DNA from: an uncultured delta proteobacterium
GTDB taxonomy: Bacteria > Desulfobacterota > Binatia > UBA9968
Reading direction: 5' to 3'
Assembly: GCA_963771465.1 (NCBI GenBank)
Contig: CAVYTU010000011.1
Span: 1 to 64,000 of the forward strand
DNA length: 64,000 nt
Numbering within the stretch: the stretch's first letter is position 1; the number at the start of each line of letters is the position of its first letter. This document shows, piece by piece, positions 33,598 to 44,965 of the stretch. A model generated the notes under the pieces. That model was not told where the DNA came from. It made no database searches and saw only the letters and a program-made list of their open reading frames with translations. The translations under genes and the position numbers were made by a program.

Positions 33598-33772
33598 CGA
33601 TCGCGGTGTAACCCTTCCGGAACGAAGGCAAAGCAGTTGTGCCTGAAGATGCCAGCGGGGCAAGTTGCTTGTGAGAACAACAGTGAAAAGGTCAAACATC
33701 GTGCCGAGCCCCAAGCACAAAATGAAACATTCGCGCTGGTGCCTTCGTTCCTCCAGGGTCACACCGCGATCG
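33598..33772. repeat. 175-bp intergenic element with 33-bp terminal inverted repeats (MITE/REPIN-like or structured RNA)
   Basis: 33598-33630 matches the reverse complement of 33740-33772 at 29 of 33 positions. Confidence 0.8.
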
Positions 33773-33833
33773 ACAGAGTGTCGTCAGGTTCCGTCGTAGC
33801 ATGCTATGAATAATCCGGGCTAAGAGGTTAGTC

Positions 33834-35105
33834 ATGAATCACTTCGAATATCGCAACGGAGAAATGTTCGCTGAAGCGGTGCCGCTCAAACGCATCGCCC
33901 GGGAAGTCGGCACGCCGGCCTATGTTTATAGTCTGGCGACGCTCAGGCGTCATTACAACGTCTTCGACCAAGCGTTCGCCCCGGTGCCGCATATCGTCTG
34001 CTTTTCGGTGAAGGCCAATTCCAATCTGGCGCTGCTGCGCAATTTCGCCAAACAGGGGAGCGGTTTCGACATCGTGTCGGGCGGCGAGTTATTCCGCGCG
34101 CTCAAAGCTGGCGGCGATCCCAAGAAGATCGTTTTTTCCGGAGTCGGCAAGAAGAAGCACGAGATCGAGTATGCGCTGAACTCCGGCATCTTGATGTTCA
34201 ACGTCGAGTCCGAGGAAGAATTGACCGCGCTCAACGACATCGCCGCCGGCGTCGGCAAGAAAGCGCCGATTAGTTTGCGCGTCAATCCGGACGTCGATCC
34301 GCAGACCCATCCGTATATTTCCACCGGCATGAAAAAAGCGAAGTTCGGCGTCGATATCAAGAAATCCATCGACACCTATAAGAAAGCGGTGTCGCTGAAA
34401 AACTTGGAAGTGGTCGGTGTCGACTGCCATATCGGTTCGCAACTGACGTCGTTGACGCCGTTCGTCGATGCGCTCGCCAAGGTGCGCGAATATTTAGACC
34501 GTGTGCTCGCCGGCGAGTTGAAAAAAGAAGGCGCACAGATTCGTTATCTCGACCTCGGCGGTGGTCTGGGGATCAACTATAACGACGAAACGCCGCCGCT
34601 GCCGGACGCTTACGCCAAGGCGATCATTCAAGGCATACAAGGGCTCGACGTCACTTTGATTCTCGAGCCGGGCCGAGTCATCGTCGGCAACGCCGGGATT
34701 TTGCTCACCGAAGTGCAGTACATCAAAGAGACCGAGACGAAAAAATTCGTCATCGTCGACGGCGGCATGAACGACCTGATCCGCCCGGCGCTCTACGGTT
34801 CCTATCAAGCGATCCAGCCGGTGCTTGAGACCAAAGCGGAAACCATCAACGCCGACGTGGTCGGGCCGATCTGCGAGAGCGGCGATTTTTTTGCCAAGGA
34901 CCGCGACATCGCCCGACCCAAGCGCGGCGACCTGCTCGCGGTCATGAGCGCCGGCGCGTACGGCTTCACCATGGCGTCGAACTACAACTCGCATCCCAAA
35001 CCGCCGGAAGTGTTGGTCGACGGCGATCAGTATTACATCGTGCGCAAGCGCGAAACGTTGGATGACTTGATCAACGGCGAGGTCATTCCCGCGGCGTTGC
35101 AATAG
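33834..35105 (+). CDS. lysA: Diaminopimelate decarboxylase
   Basis: FSVKANSN, HIGSQ, EPGR, GPICESGD, YNS. Confidence 0.98.
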   Translation: MNHFEYRNGEMFAEAVPLKRIAREVGTPAYVYSLATLRRHYNVFDQAFAPVPHIVCFSVKANSNLALLRNFAKQGSGFDIVSGGELFRALKAGGDPKKIVFSGVGKKKHEIEYALNSGILMFNVESEEELTALNDIAAGVGKKAPISLRVNPDVDPQTHPYISTGMKKAKFGVDIKKSIDTYKKAVSLKNLEVVGVDCHIGSQLTSLTPFVDALAKVREYLDRVLAGELKKEGAQIRYLDLGGGLGINYNDETPPLPDAYAKAIIQGIQGLDVTLILEPGRVIVGNAGILLTEVQYIKETETKKFVIVDGGMNDLIRPALYGSYQAIQPVLETKAETINADVVGPICESGDFFAKDRDIARPKRGDLLAVMSAGAYGFTMASNYNSHPKPPEVLVDGDQYYIVRKRETLDDLINGEVIPAALQ

Positions 35106-35134
35106 TTTCGTTTAAAGGTTCAAACTTCAAGGCC

Positions 35135-35953
35135 ATGGAATTGCAATTTACCAAGATGCATGGCGCGGGGAATGACTTTGTTTTCCTCGATTGCCTGAAG
35201 CACAACATCGACAATTTAGACGCCATTGCGAAGCAACTCTGCGACCGGCGCTTTGGCATCGGCGCCGATCAATTGTTGACCGTTCATCCATCCGAAGTCG
35301 CCGACTACAAGATGGAAATCTACAACGCCGACGGCAGCCAGGTGGAGATGTGCGGCAACGGCATCCGCTGCTTCGCCAAGTATGTTTACGACCACGGCAT
35401 TACCCAGAAAAAAGACTTGACGGTTGAAACCCTCGCCGGCATCATTCGGCCCAAGATCGTCGGCGATCTGGTCGAAGTCGACATGGGCGAGCCGATCCTC
35501 GACGGGCGCAAGATTCCCGTCGACGCCGACGGCGAAATCACCAACCGGCCGCTTACCGTGGACGGCAAAACCTACGAAGTGACGTGCGTGTCGATGGGCA
35601 ACCCCCATTGCGTCGTCTATTTAGACGATATCGATTCCTTGGACTTGGCAAAGCTCGGACCGCAGTTCGAACACCACAAGTTTTTCCCCAAGCGGGTGAA
35701 CACCGAGTTCATCAAGATCATCAGTCCGTCGGAAGTGACCATGCGCGTCTGGGAGCGCGGCGCCGGCGAAACCTGGGCCTGCGGCACCGGCGCCAGCGCG
35801 GTGGCTGTCGCCGGCGTGTTGACCGGGCGCACGGCGCGCAAGCTGACGACTCACTTAAAGGGCGGCGATCTTTTGATTGAATGGCGCGACAACAACCGCG
35901 TTTACATGACCGGCGGCGCGGCGGAAGTTTTCCACGGCACCGTGCATGTATAG
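35135..35953 (+). CDS. dapF: Diaminopimelate epimerase
   Basis: [31 protein letters not shown]. Confidence 0.98.
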   Translation: MELQFTKMHGAGNDFVFLDCLKHNIDNLDAIAKQLCDRRFGIGADQLLTVHPSEVADYKMEIYNADGSQVEMCGNGIRCFAKYVYDHGITQKKDLTVETLAGIIRPKIVGDLVEVDMGEPILDGRKIPVDADGEITNRPLTVDGKTYEVTCVSMGNPHCVVYLDDIDSLDLAKLGPQFEHHKFFPKRVNTEFIKIISPSEVTMRVWERGAGETWACGTGASAVAVAGVLTGRTARKLTTHLKGGDLLIEWRDNNRVYMTGGAAEVFHGTVHV

Positions 35954-35977
35954 CCGTTCAATGCCGCGGCAACAAAC

Positions 35978-36895
35978 ATGAGAGCCGCCACGCGTCCATC
36001 CTGCTTGCTTGCACTTGCTCTAACCTTCGCTGTCGCACTGTTTGCGTCATCCTGCGCATCCGGGCCGCAGTCGATTACCGTCACGTCGGTCGATCGCGCG
36101 ATTGCAGCGCCTCCTCAAGGAACCAAGGATTACCCGCAGGCGTTGCGGGCGATACTTTCGGTGATGCTCAGGAATTTGCAGCTGCCGCCCGTTGAGATAT
36201 CGGCCATTCTTTATTCTTCGCAAAATTCGTATGTAGAAAGCGTAGTCGCCGACGCCGAACGGGATCTCCAGCAGCTGCGCAAAGTGTTGGGACCGTTGGC
36301 AAAGAATCTGCGCGACGATGAATATCTTGCCCGAGCGCGGGAAACCGCTGTGGGCAGCGACGCGGTTGGCAAGCATAAGCGCTTGCTGCTCAATGAATCG
36401 CGCCTAGAAAAGTATCCTTGGCCGGAGTGGATGAAAGTGCTGGCCCATGAGCTCGCCCATACGGTGGAGTTTGCGCTCGTTGATGGCGGCCCGGCGCTTT
36501 GGGATCACTGGTTGTCCGAAGGGTTTGCCGAATGGGTCGGCGACAAAGTCCTTGACCTAATCGGCACCGAGAGCTTCGCCAAGAGTCAGGAGCAACGCTT
36601 GGGGCTGATGCGCACGGCAAAAAGTATTCAAACCTTTCCGTCCCTCGGTCAATTGGCTACGGGCACTGATTTTCACACCTGGGCGGGCACACTCGGCCAG
36701 GCGACTCACGGGCAGGCATTGATCGCCGTCGACTATTTAATCGAACAAAAGGGCCTCGCAGCGGTGCTCGAATATTTCCGCCTTTTTAGAAAATCGACCA
36801 ATCGCGAGCAAAACTTCATGGCAGCCTTCGGCGAAACGCCAGCGGCGTTCGACGCGAAGTTCAGCCGGCGCATGGCTGTATTGCTCGGCCGATGA
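35978..36895 (+). CDS. Putative lipoprotein zinc metallopeptidase (gluzincin-like)
   Basis: Signal with ASSC lipobox; HELAH motif and downstream WLSEGFAEW. Confidence 0.75.
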   Translation: MRAATRPSCLLALALTFAVALFASSCASGPQSITVTSVDRAIAAPPQGTKDYPQALRAILSVMLRNLQLPPVEISAILYSSQNSYVESVVADAERDLQQLRKVLGPLAKNLRDDEYLARARETAVGSDAVGKHKRLLLNESRLEKYPWPEWMKVLAHELAHTVEFALVDGGPALWDHWLSEGFAEWVGDKVLDLIGTESFAKSQEQRLGLMRTAKSIQTFPSLGQLATGTDFHTWAGTLGQATHGQALIAVDYLIEQKGLAAVLEYFRLFRKSTNREQNFMAAFGETPAAFDAKFSRRMAVLLGR

Positions 36896-36919
36896 ATTCT
36901 TGCGATAAAGGAGCCAGTT

Positions 36920-37793
36920 ATGTTTACCGGTTCAATGGTCGCGTTGGTGACGCCGTTTAAGAACGGCCAAGTGGATTGGCAGAGCCTCGAAGCGCTGGTC
37001 GAGTTTCACATTCAAAACGGCACTCACGGAATTGTCCCGTGCGGGACCACCGGCGAGTCCGCCACCCTCAGTCATCAAGAACACGACGATGTCATCCGCG
37101 CGGTGATCAAGGCGGTTCAACAAACGGATTCCGGTGATCGCCGGCACCGGTTCGAACTCTACCGATGAAGCGGTGCGGCTTACGCGCGAAGCGGAGAAGT
37201 CCGGCGCCGACGGCGCGCTGATGATCTCGCCTTATTACAATCGGCCGACCCAGGAAGGCATCTATCTACACTACAAAAAAGTCGCGTCCGAAGTCGGCAT
37301 TCCGATCATCATCTACAACATCCCCGGCCGCACCGGATCGAAGATCGAGCCGGAAACCCTGGCGCGGCTGGCTGAGATCAGCAACGTCGCTGGCGTCAAA
37401 GAAGCCACCGGCTCGGTCGATCAAGCCATCGACGTCATTCGTCTATGCGGTGACCGCCTGGCGGTGTACTCCGGAGAAGATTCTCTGATCTATTCGCTTA
37501 TGGCTTTGGGCGGCAAAGGCGTGATTTCGACGGTCGCCAACGTTGCGCCCAATGATACCGCGCAACTGACCGAAGCTTGCTTGAAAGGAAACTGGGAGCA
37601 GGGGAGGACCATTCAATTCAAGCTCATCCCGCTGATCCGCAGTCTATTCACTGAAACCAATCCGATCCCGGTCAAAACCGCGCTCTCGCTGATGGGCAAA
37701 TGCAGCGGCGAGCTGCGCTTGCCGATGACGCCGTTGGCCGAAGGCAATTTGAAAAAGCTCAGCCAAGCGATGCGCGAGTTTGGTCTTATCTAA
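36920..37793 (+). CDS. dapA: 4-hydroxy-tetrahydrodipicolinate synthase, one apparent frameshift near 37116
   Basis: ALVTPF, GTTGES; second frame [31 protein letters not shown]. Confidence 0.95.
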
Positions 37794-37799
37794 ATTTAC

Positions 37800-38603
37800 A
37801 TGTCTCTAGGAATCATCGTTTGCGGCGTTGCCGGACGAATGGGCGGCGCGGTCGTTCGCGCAATTCGGCAATCGGCGGACTTAAGATTGACCGCCGCCAT
37901 CGATAGGATTGGCAGCGCACGCTTGGGCAAAGACGCTGGTGAAGTATCCGCGGCCGGCCATCTCGGCGTCACTATCGACGATGAGATCCAATCCTACTTG
38001 AAGCCCAACACGGTGATTATCGACTTCACCCAGGCTGAAGCGTCGTTGAGTTATTTGCGCGCCGCGGCAAAAAAGCAAGTTCCCATGGTGATCGCTACCA
38101 CCGGATTTAGCGGCGCGCAGCAAGCAGAGATCAAACGGCTGGCGCGGCGCACACCGACCTTGCTCTCGGCTAACACCAGTTTGGGCGTTAATGTTCTAAT
38201 CTCGCTTTTGGGCCAAGCGGCGACGATGCTCGGCGACGATTACGACGTGGAGATTATCGAAGCGCACCACCGCTTTAAAAAAGACGCGCCCAGCGGCACC
38301 GCGCTGGCGCTCGGCCGCTCGGTCGCCCAAGCACACAAGCGCGACCTCGACAAGGTCGGCATCAACGGCCGCAAAGGTATCGTCGGCGCACGCAGTCAGA
38401 AAGAGATCGCGCTTCTGTCGGTCCGCGCCGGCGACATCGTCGGCGAGCATACGGTTATCTTCGGCGGCATCGGCGAGCGCCTCGAATTCATCCACCGCGC
38501 CCACAGCCGCGACACCTTCGCCCACGGCGCCATCCGTGCTGCCCAGTGGCTGGCGAGGAAGAAGCCGGGGCTGTATGGGATGCGGGATGTGTTGGGGTTG
38601 TAG
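37800..38603 (+). CDS. dapB: 4-hydroxy-tetrahydrodipicolinate reductase
   Basis: G..GRMG, IDFT, ATTG, EAHH..K.DAPSGTA. Confidence 0.97.
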   Translation: MSLGIIVCGVAGRMGGAVVRAIRQSADLRLTAAIDRIGSARLGKDAGEVSAAGHLGVTIDDEIQSYLKPNTVIIDFTQAEASLSYLRAAAKKQVPMVIATTGFSGAQQAEIKRLARRTPTLLSANTSLGVNVLISLLGQAATMLGDDYDVEIIEAHHRFKKDAPSGTALALGRSVAQAHKRDLDKVGINGRKGIVGARSQKEIALLSVRAGDIVGEHTVIFGGIGERLEFIHRAHSRDTFAHGAIRAAQWLARKKPGLYGMRDVLGL

Positions 38604-38818
38604 CCGGTTCTAAGTCCGGAAAGTAGTAAATCCTTCTTCTAATCTTTGAACTGTGCTTTGCAACCCGCCGCATACGCTGCTTGTGCCTCACCGCCTATCG
38701 AACAAACTTGCATCTGGCACGATCACTCATGTGCAGCGAGATAGAATTTTGTAGTGGCGGTAAACTGCCCGATCGTTTAATATGCCAATTTATAAGGGAT
38801 TTTTTACTCAGGGTAAGA

Positions 38819-39952
38819 GTGAGCAAATTTTCGCCACGAATTAGCGAGTCGCTCGCCAAAGGCCTCCATCAAGTTGGTCATATCCCAACTGAAGATGCCG
38901 AGGCCGCTCTCCGATTTTGCCAGGCTCTTGCGCGGCAAGTTGGGGAAGGATCTGCGGAAATTCTCGAGTACCAGAACAGCGGGCCCGACAGTTCCCGCTT
39001 TGGCGTAATAACGGAAGGCGCTGCACTGCCGGAGCTATCCGTTATTATTCCGATTTACAACGAAGAAGAGAATCTCCCAGAATTATATTCTCGGCTCGTC
39101 AGAGTTCTTGACGGTGTGCAATCCGATTTCGAGGTTGTCGTTGTTGATGATGGCAGCCGTGACAAGAGCGTGCAGATACTGAAAGACCTTGAAGCGTCGG
39201 ACAAGCGTATAGTTGTAATCGAGCTCGCGCGCAATTTCGGCCATCAAGTGGCGATCACCGCAGGACTCGATTTTGCGCGTGGCAAAGTCATCGCTGTCAT
39301 GGACGCAGACCTTCAGGATCCTCCAGAAGTTTTACCTGATTTTATTGCGAAGTGGCGAGAAGGGTATGAAGTCGTCTATGCGATCCGAGAGAAACGCAAA
39401 GAGTCTTGGTTCAAGCGGACCTGTTACACTCTCTTTTACCGTCTGCTTCGACGAGTCGCGAATGTCGACATACCACTCGATGCGGGTGACTTCTGTGTAA
39501 TGGACCGACGCATTGTCGATCTGTTGAAGACTATGCCCGAACGAAGTCGATTTATTCGCGGTATCCGGAGCTGGGTCGGGCTAAATCAGATCGGTTTGCT
39601 GTTCGAGCGGCACACTCGTCACGCAGGCACGACTAAGTACTCGATGGGAAGATTGATGCTCCTGGCCTTAGACGGTCTAATTTCATTTAGCTACGTGCCG
39701 CTGCGAATTATTACCGTCCTTGGATTGAGCGTATCTTTCCTCTCGATGGTGATGGCGATTTTCTTTTTCGTAAAAAAACTGGTCTACGGACTTAGCCCGC
39801 CGGGGTTTGCGAGTCTTATAACCTCAATTTTTTTTCTTGCCGGGATCCAACTGATTACCTTGGGCGTAATCGGCGAATACGTCGGTCGTATTTTCGAGGA
39901 AGCGAAACGGCGGCCGATGTACGTTTTACGCCGTGCGCCCGGACTTCGATAA
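38819..39952 (+). CDS. GT2 polyprenol-phosphate glycosyltransferase (GtrB/ArnC-like); start uncertain
   Basis: SVIIPIYNEE, DDGSRD, RNFGHQ.A, MDADLQDPP, two C-terminal TMs, GEYVGRI...RP.Y. Confidence 0.93.
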   Translation: MSKFSPRISESLAKGLHQVGHIPTEDAEAALRFCQALARQVGEGSAEILEYQNSGPDSSRFGVITEGAALPELSVIIPIYNEEENLPELYSRLVRVLDGVQSDFEVVVVDDGSRDKSVQILKDLEASDKRIVVIELARNFGHQVAITAGLDFARGKVIAVMDADLQDPPEVLPDFIAKWREGYEVVYAIREKRKESWFKRTCYTLFYRLLRRVANVDIPLDAGDFCVMDRRIVDLLKTMPERSRFIRGIRSWVGLNQIGLLFERHTRHAGTTKYSMGRLMLLALDGLISFSYVPLRIITVLGLSVSFLSMVMAIFFFVKKLVYGLSPPGFASLITSIFFLAGIQLITLGVIGEYVGRIFEEAKRRPMYVLRRAPGLR

Positions 39953-41145
39953 TGCGGTTGCTAATGCTCAACAACGAGTTTCCGCCCTTGGGGGGAGGAA
40001 CGGGAACCGTGACTCTCGCGATGCTCGAACATTTTGCCCGGGTCCCCGGATTGGAAGTCGACCTGATCACATCAGCCTTAGGAAGACGGCCTGAGGAAGA
40101 GCCGTTTGCAAGTAAAATCAAACTCTACAAAGTGCCGGTTCGTAATAAAAATATCCACCATTCGTCAAATCAGGAACTGAGCGAATATTTTTTTCGCGGT
40201 CTTCGGCTCGCACTAAAGCTGCACCGACAACGATCTTACGACATTTGTTTTGCTTGGAGCGCGGTGCCCGCCGGCGCTATCGCGCTGGCGCTGCGGCGTA
40301 TCGGTGGACTTCGCTACGTCGTGCGTGTATGTGGCCCCGATATTCCCGGATTCGAGCGCCGTTACCAGGCCATCCATTGGCTCATATCACCCTTGATGCG
40401 ACGCATCTGGCGTGGCGCGGAGAGTGTCGTGGCGAAATCGGATCGCGAAATTGAGCTGATTCATGCAGTGGACCCGCACTTAAGTTGTCTGTTGATTCCG
40501 AATGGCGTCGATATCGTTGCGTTCAAACCGAACCAAACGATGCCTGAAGCTGGGCCGCTGCGTATCCTCTGCGTGGGCCGGTTGATCGAGAGAAAAGGGC
40601 AACGCCATTTGATCGACGCTGTAAAGCGGCTTGTTGATGAAACGATCGATGTTCAACTGGACCTTGTTGGAACCGGTGATGCTCGGTCCGAAAACGAAGC
40701 GCACGTTGCGCGGCTCGGATTAAAGGAGCGGGTTCATTTTCGGGGTTACGTGCCGCGTGAAAAGATTGCTGAGTATTACGCCGCTGCCCATGTGTTCGTC
40801 CTGCCATCTTATAACGAAGGTATGAGCGTCGCATTACTCGAAGCGATGGCCTCTGGGCTTCCAGTGGTGGTTACACCCACTGGAGGTACGCGGGAACTGG
40901 TTGAGTCTCAAGTCAACGGATTCATTTTCGATTGGGCCGATGTTGACGGCCTGACCACTCATCTGCGTCGTCTCGCGAAGGACCGCTCGCTCGTCAGAAG
41001 CATGGGGCAGGCATCGCGTCGTCGCGCCAGCGATTTCTCCTGGGACCGAGCGGCACTTCGCTACATTGATTTATTCCAGCAATTGACAGCCGTCGTTCCC
41101 TTCGCCGGCGCTAGTCTCAACGCTGAGGCGAAGCATAAGGCATAG
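39952..41145 (+). CDS. GT4 family glycosyltransferase
   Basis: EFPPLGGG, IPNGVD, GRL..RKG, EGMS..LLEAMA.G. Confidence 0.93.
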   Translation: MRLLMLNNEFPPLGGGTGTVTLAMLEHFARVPGLEVDLITSALGRRPEEEPFASKIKLYKVPVRNKNIHHSSNQELSEYFFRGLRLALKLHRQRSYDICFAWSAVPAGAIALALRRIGGLRYVVRVCGPDIPGFERRYQAIHWLISPLMRRIWRGAESVVAKSDREIELIHAVDPHLSCLLIPNGVDIVAFKPNQTMPEAGPLRILCVGRLIERKGQRHLIDAVKRLVDETIDVQLDLVGTGDARSENEAHVARLGLKERVHFRGYVPREKIAEYYAAAHVFVLPSYNEGMSVALLEAMASGLPVVVTPTGGTRELVESQVNGFIFDWADVDGLTTHLRRLAKDRSLVRSMGQASRRRASDFSWDRAALRYIDLFQQLTAVVPFAGASLNAEAKHKA

Positions 41146-41148
41146 CTA

Positions 41149-43048
41149 ATGTGCGGTATTTGCGGCCAACTTGTTTCGGACCCGGCGCAGGGAGCGGACG
41201 GCGAGCTGCTGCGCCGGCTTAACGCTACCATCCGGCACCGTGGGCCAGACAGCGAAGGTTATTACCTTAAAGGGCCAGTCGGACTTGCCATTTCTCGTCT
41301 CGCCATCATCGACGTATCAGGCGGTCAACAGCCTATCCGCAACGAAGACGGTGCCATCGTCGTAGTTTTTAACGGCGAAATTTACAATTTCCGTGAATTG
41401 CGCACTGAGTTGGAAGGTCTCGGCCACCGCTTTAGAACCCAAAGCGATACCGAAGTGATTGTGCACGGCTACGAGCAGTGGGGCGATGAAACTTTGCATC
41501 GTTTCAACGGTATGTTCGCTATCGCGCTGTGGGACGAGCCGGCAGCGGCGGCTGCTTCTGGCGCGCGATCGTATGGGTAAGAAACCGCTTTACTGGCACT
41601 GGTCAAAAAATGGACTGCTATGGGGCTCCGAGGCGAAGGCCATTCTGGCGGCGCCGTGGGTGGAACGGCGCGTCAACGCGCTCGCCTTGCATCACTACCT
41701 TACCCTTCAATACGTGCCGGATCCGCTGACGATCTTCGAGGGCATGCAACGGATTCCGGCAGCGCATAAACTCGTCGTCGAGCGTGGTGGCGAGCCGCAA
41801 TTGTCGCGCTGGTGGCAACTCGAGTTCGAGCCGAAATGGAAAATCGAAGATGAAGAAGCCGTTGAACACGCGCGCGAACTCTTAGCTGCGGCAGTCAAGC
41901 GACGGCTGATCTCGGAGGTGCCGCTCGGAGCGTTTCTGAGCGGTGGCATTGACTCCTCTATTATCGTTGCGCTCATGGCAGAGCGGAGCAGCAAGCCGGT
42001 GAAGACATTTTCTATCGGCTTCGAAGAAGAACGCTATTCCGAAACTTTTTACGCGCGTCAAATCGCAGACCGCTATCATACCGATCATCATGAGTTCGTT
42101 TTTAGGGCTAAAGACTTGGTCCGGTGCATCGATGAGTCGGTCACCGCCTGCGACGAACCCCTAGCCGATCCGGCGGCGTTGCCGCTTTTAGAACTTTCTA
42201 GACAGGCGCGCCAGTCGGTGACGGTTGCATTGTGCGGCGACGGCGGCGATGAAACCTTGGCCGGCTATCGTCGCTACGCCATCGATGGCCTGCTTCGGCC
42301 CTATGCTGCGTTGCCAGACTGGCTGACGCAAAGCGCCGTCCCGGCGCTGATGCGCCTCGTGCCGGAACCGACGTGGATACCAGAAGACCGTAATCCTATT
42401 ACCGGGCTAAAAAGGCTCGGCCAGTTTTCGGCGACCACGCCCAAAGCTTCATTAGTGCGATGGGGATCGTATTTTTCGCATGAGGAGAAACTTTCGCTAT
42501 ACACCGATTGTTGGCGTGAAAAATTTTCCCGGACCGATACCGCCGATTGGATTGCCGGTGCATTTGACGAAGCCCATGCATCGACACTGCTCGATCGTAC
42601 GCTCTACGCCGATCATGTGACCTACCTGTCTGGCGACTTGCTGCCTAAGACTGACCGAATGACCATGGCCCACTCCTTGGAAGCACGTTCACCCTTTCTC
42701 GACGTGGACTGGATCGAGTGGACAGCGCGCTTGCCGGACCGTCTCAAGATTCGCCGCATGGCGGGAAAGTGGCTGCTCAAGGCGGCGTTTGGTGAAATGC
42801 TCCCGCCGGCCATTTGCGCACGCGGTAAACAAGGCTTCGGCGTGCCGGTGGGACTGTGGGTGAGGAACGAACTTCGTGATTGGGTGAGAGAGCGTCTGCT
42901 CGACGGCGGGTCTCTTACGGATTGGTTCCGGCAAGCCGAGGTGCAGCGTCTGCTGAACGAGCACGATAGCGGCAAATTTAATCACGGGAAAAAGCTCTGG
43001 GCGTTGCTGATCCTTTCAGTTTGGTCGGAGAAATACCTCAGACAATAA
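41149..43048 (+). CDS. asnB: Asparagine synthase-like glutamine amidotransferase, frameshift near 41541
   Basis: MCGICG, HRGPD, NGEIYN, SDTEV; second frame ARDRMGKKPL, LSGGIDSS, GDGGDE, KQGF. Confidence 0.92.
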
Positions 43049-43830
43049 TGTTTAGTATTTTTGACTTTGGCGCCAACTGGGAAGAGTTTTCAAAGCGTCG
43101 CGTTGATCGCCAACGTTTGGAGCTGGCCTGCGAATCATTGCAATCTTTATTAGAGCAGAAAAGTTTAGAGGGAAAGAGTTTTCTCGACGTGGGCTGTGGT
43201 AGCGGACTTTTCTCGATTGCAGCACACCGGCTCGGTGCGGCGAAAGTCGTTGGTATCGACGTTAACCCAGTTTGTATCGAAATTTCTCAAGACCAACCGT
43301 GACCTTTTGGCACCGGGTGCGCCGATTTAGAGTTTCATGTCGCCTCGGCTTTGGAACCCGAACAACTCAAGCCTTTCGGAACATTTGATCTCGTTTACGC
43401 TTGGGGGTCGTTGCATCACACCGGATCGATGTGGAACGCCATTCGAAACGTTTCGAGATGCGTTGCGCCCAAAGGAATATTGATTTTGGCGATCTACAAT
43501 AAGCACATCACATCACCAGTGTGGAAAGCCATTAAATGGATTTACAATCAGATGCCCGGATTCGTCCAGCGGTTCATGATCCTAATATTCGCGGGAATTA
43601 TTTACGTTGCGAAATTTCTGGTTACTCGAACCAATCCTTTGAAGAAAGAACGCGGCATGGACTTCTGGTTCGATGTGATTGATTGGGTCGGTGGTTATCC
43701 TTACGAGTATGCAGCACCCACGGACATAGAACGATCCATCCGCGACCGCGGATTTTCGCTGCAGCGTTATATCCCAGCTCAAGTGCCAACGGGATGCAAT
43801 GAATTTGTCTTCCGTAAACTCATGCCATGA
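43048..43830 (+). CDS. Class I SAM-dependent methyltransferase, split by indels near 43290-43330
   Basis: FDFGANW, FLDVGCGSG; FDLVYAWG.LHHTG, RGM...DWVGGYPYE. Confidence 0.85.
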
Positions 43831-44965
43831 AGATTGCGTACTTCATTGACAACTTGCGGGGTGACGGAACCCAGCGTGCATTGACTCAGTTGGTTCACGG
43901 TCTCGCTAAACGAGGTCATAGTCAGAAAGTGTTATGTCTTAACAACTCATACGACAGCGTAATTATCGACGAACTGCGAAATATACCGGTTGAGGTTCGG
44001 ATAGTGGGCAAATGGGCATTGGCAATTGGATACGGTTTGTTGTCGACCAGGACATGGTTGAAACGCGAGAAATTCGACGTAGTAGTTACAATGCTTTTTG
44101 CGGCTGATGTCATTGGCCGTGTTCTAGCACGGTGGGTAGGTGTTCCCGAATTATCTCGTCGCTCCGTGCTCGAAACGTGCATTATTCATGGTTACAACGT
44201 TGGCTGGTTCGGGTCACCATGGATGCGGCGGACGCCGTCGTTATCAACAGTCCGCACTCGAGGGAGTTTGCAATCAAAATAGAAGGAGTCCAACCCGATC
44301 GTATTTTCTTGATTCCTAACGGGGTGGAGGTCGACAAATACACCACACCGGTTCGTCGAGAACTACTCCGTAAAGAAATGGGTTTGCAGAGTTATGAGTG
44401 CATGCTTGGTACTGTGGGCCGTCTGACAGAACAAAAAGGCATAGATATATTGCTACTCGCGCTTTCAGTTTTGAGTAAACCAGAATTGAAACTTGTGATT
44501 TTTGGAAACGGCGGGGATGAAGCTCGATTACGCGCACTTAGCGTCAAACTGGGCCTAGAGTCACAAGTACATTTTGCGGGATATCGTAGAGATCTTTCGA
44601 CTCTGCTAGGCGCGTTGGACCTATACGTTCATCCGGCCCGCTTCGAAGGGATGCCTAACGCGTTGTTGGAAGCCATGGCAGCAGCTTGTCCCATCGTCGC
44701 GACAGCAGTCGACGGCAACCGTGAGTTAATTGCAGATGGGAAGCATGGATGGCTAGTACCGTCAGAGAGCCCGACAGAATTAGCTAATGCCATAAACGAA
44801 GCACTGAGTGACCCTGCTGAGGCGCACCTCCGCGGAGCCCTGGCGCGTGAGCGCGTACGCGAAGATTTCTCAGTCGATTCCATGGTTGCAGCCTGGGAAG
44901 CAGTGCTATTAGTGGAAAGATCAAATTCAAACAGCAAAAAATTGGCCTTTCGCTATGCAAGGTGA
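43827..44965 (+). CDS. GT4 family glycosyltransferase, frameshift near 44148
   Basis: IPNGV, VGRL..QKG, EGMPNALLEAMA. Confidence 0.88.

Noticed and set aside
33580-33833. Lysine riboswitch upstream of lysA
   Set aside because: Position and length fit, but the conserved riboswitch core was not recognisable and the region is dominated by a terminal inverted repeat
37105-37140. dapA split as a programmed frameshift or pseudogene
   Set aside because: One extra T explains it, there is no slippery heptamer, and both halves are well conserved in a normally essential gene. Most likely a sequencing indel.
41530-44160. Frameshifts in asnB, the methyltransferase and GT4 as phase variation
   Set aside because: No long homopolymer or SSR tracts at the breaks; same single-base indel pattern as elsewhere in the window
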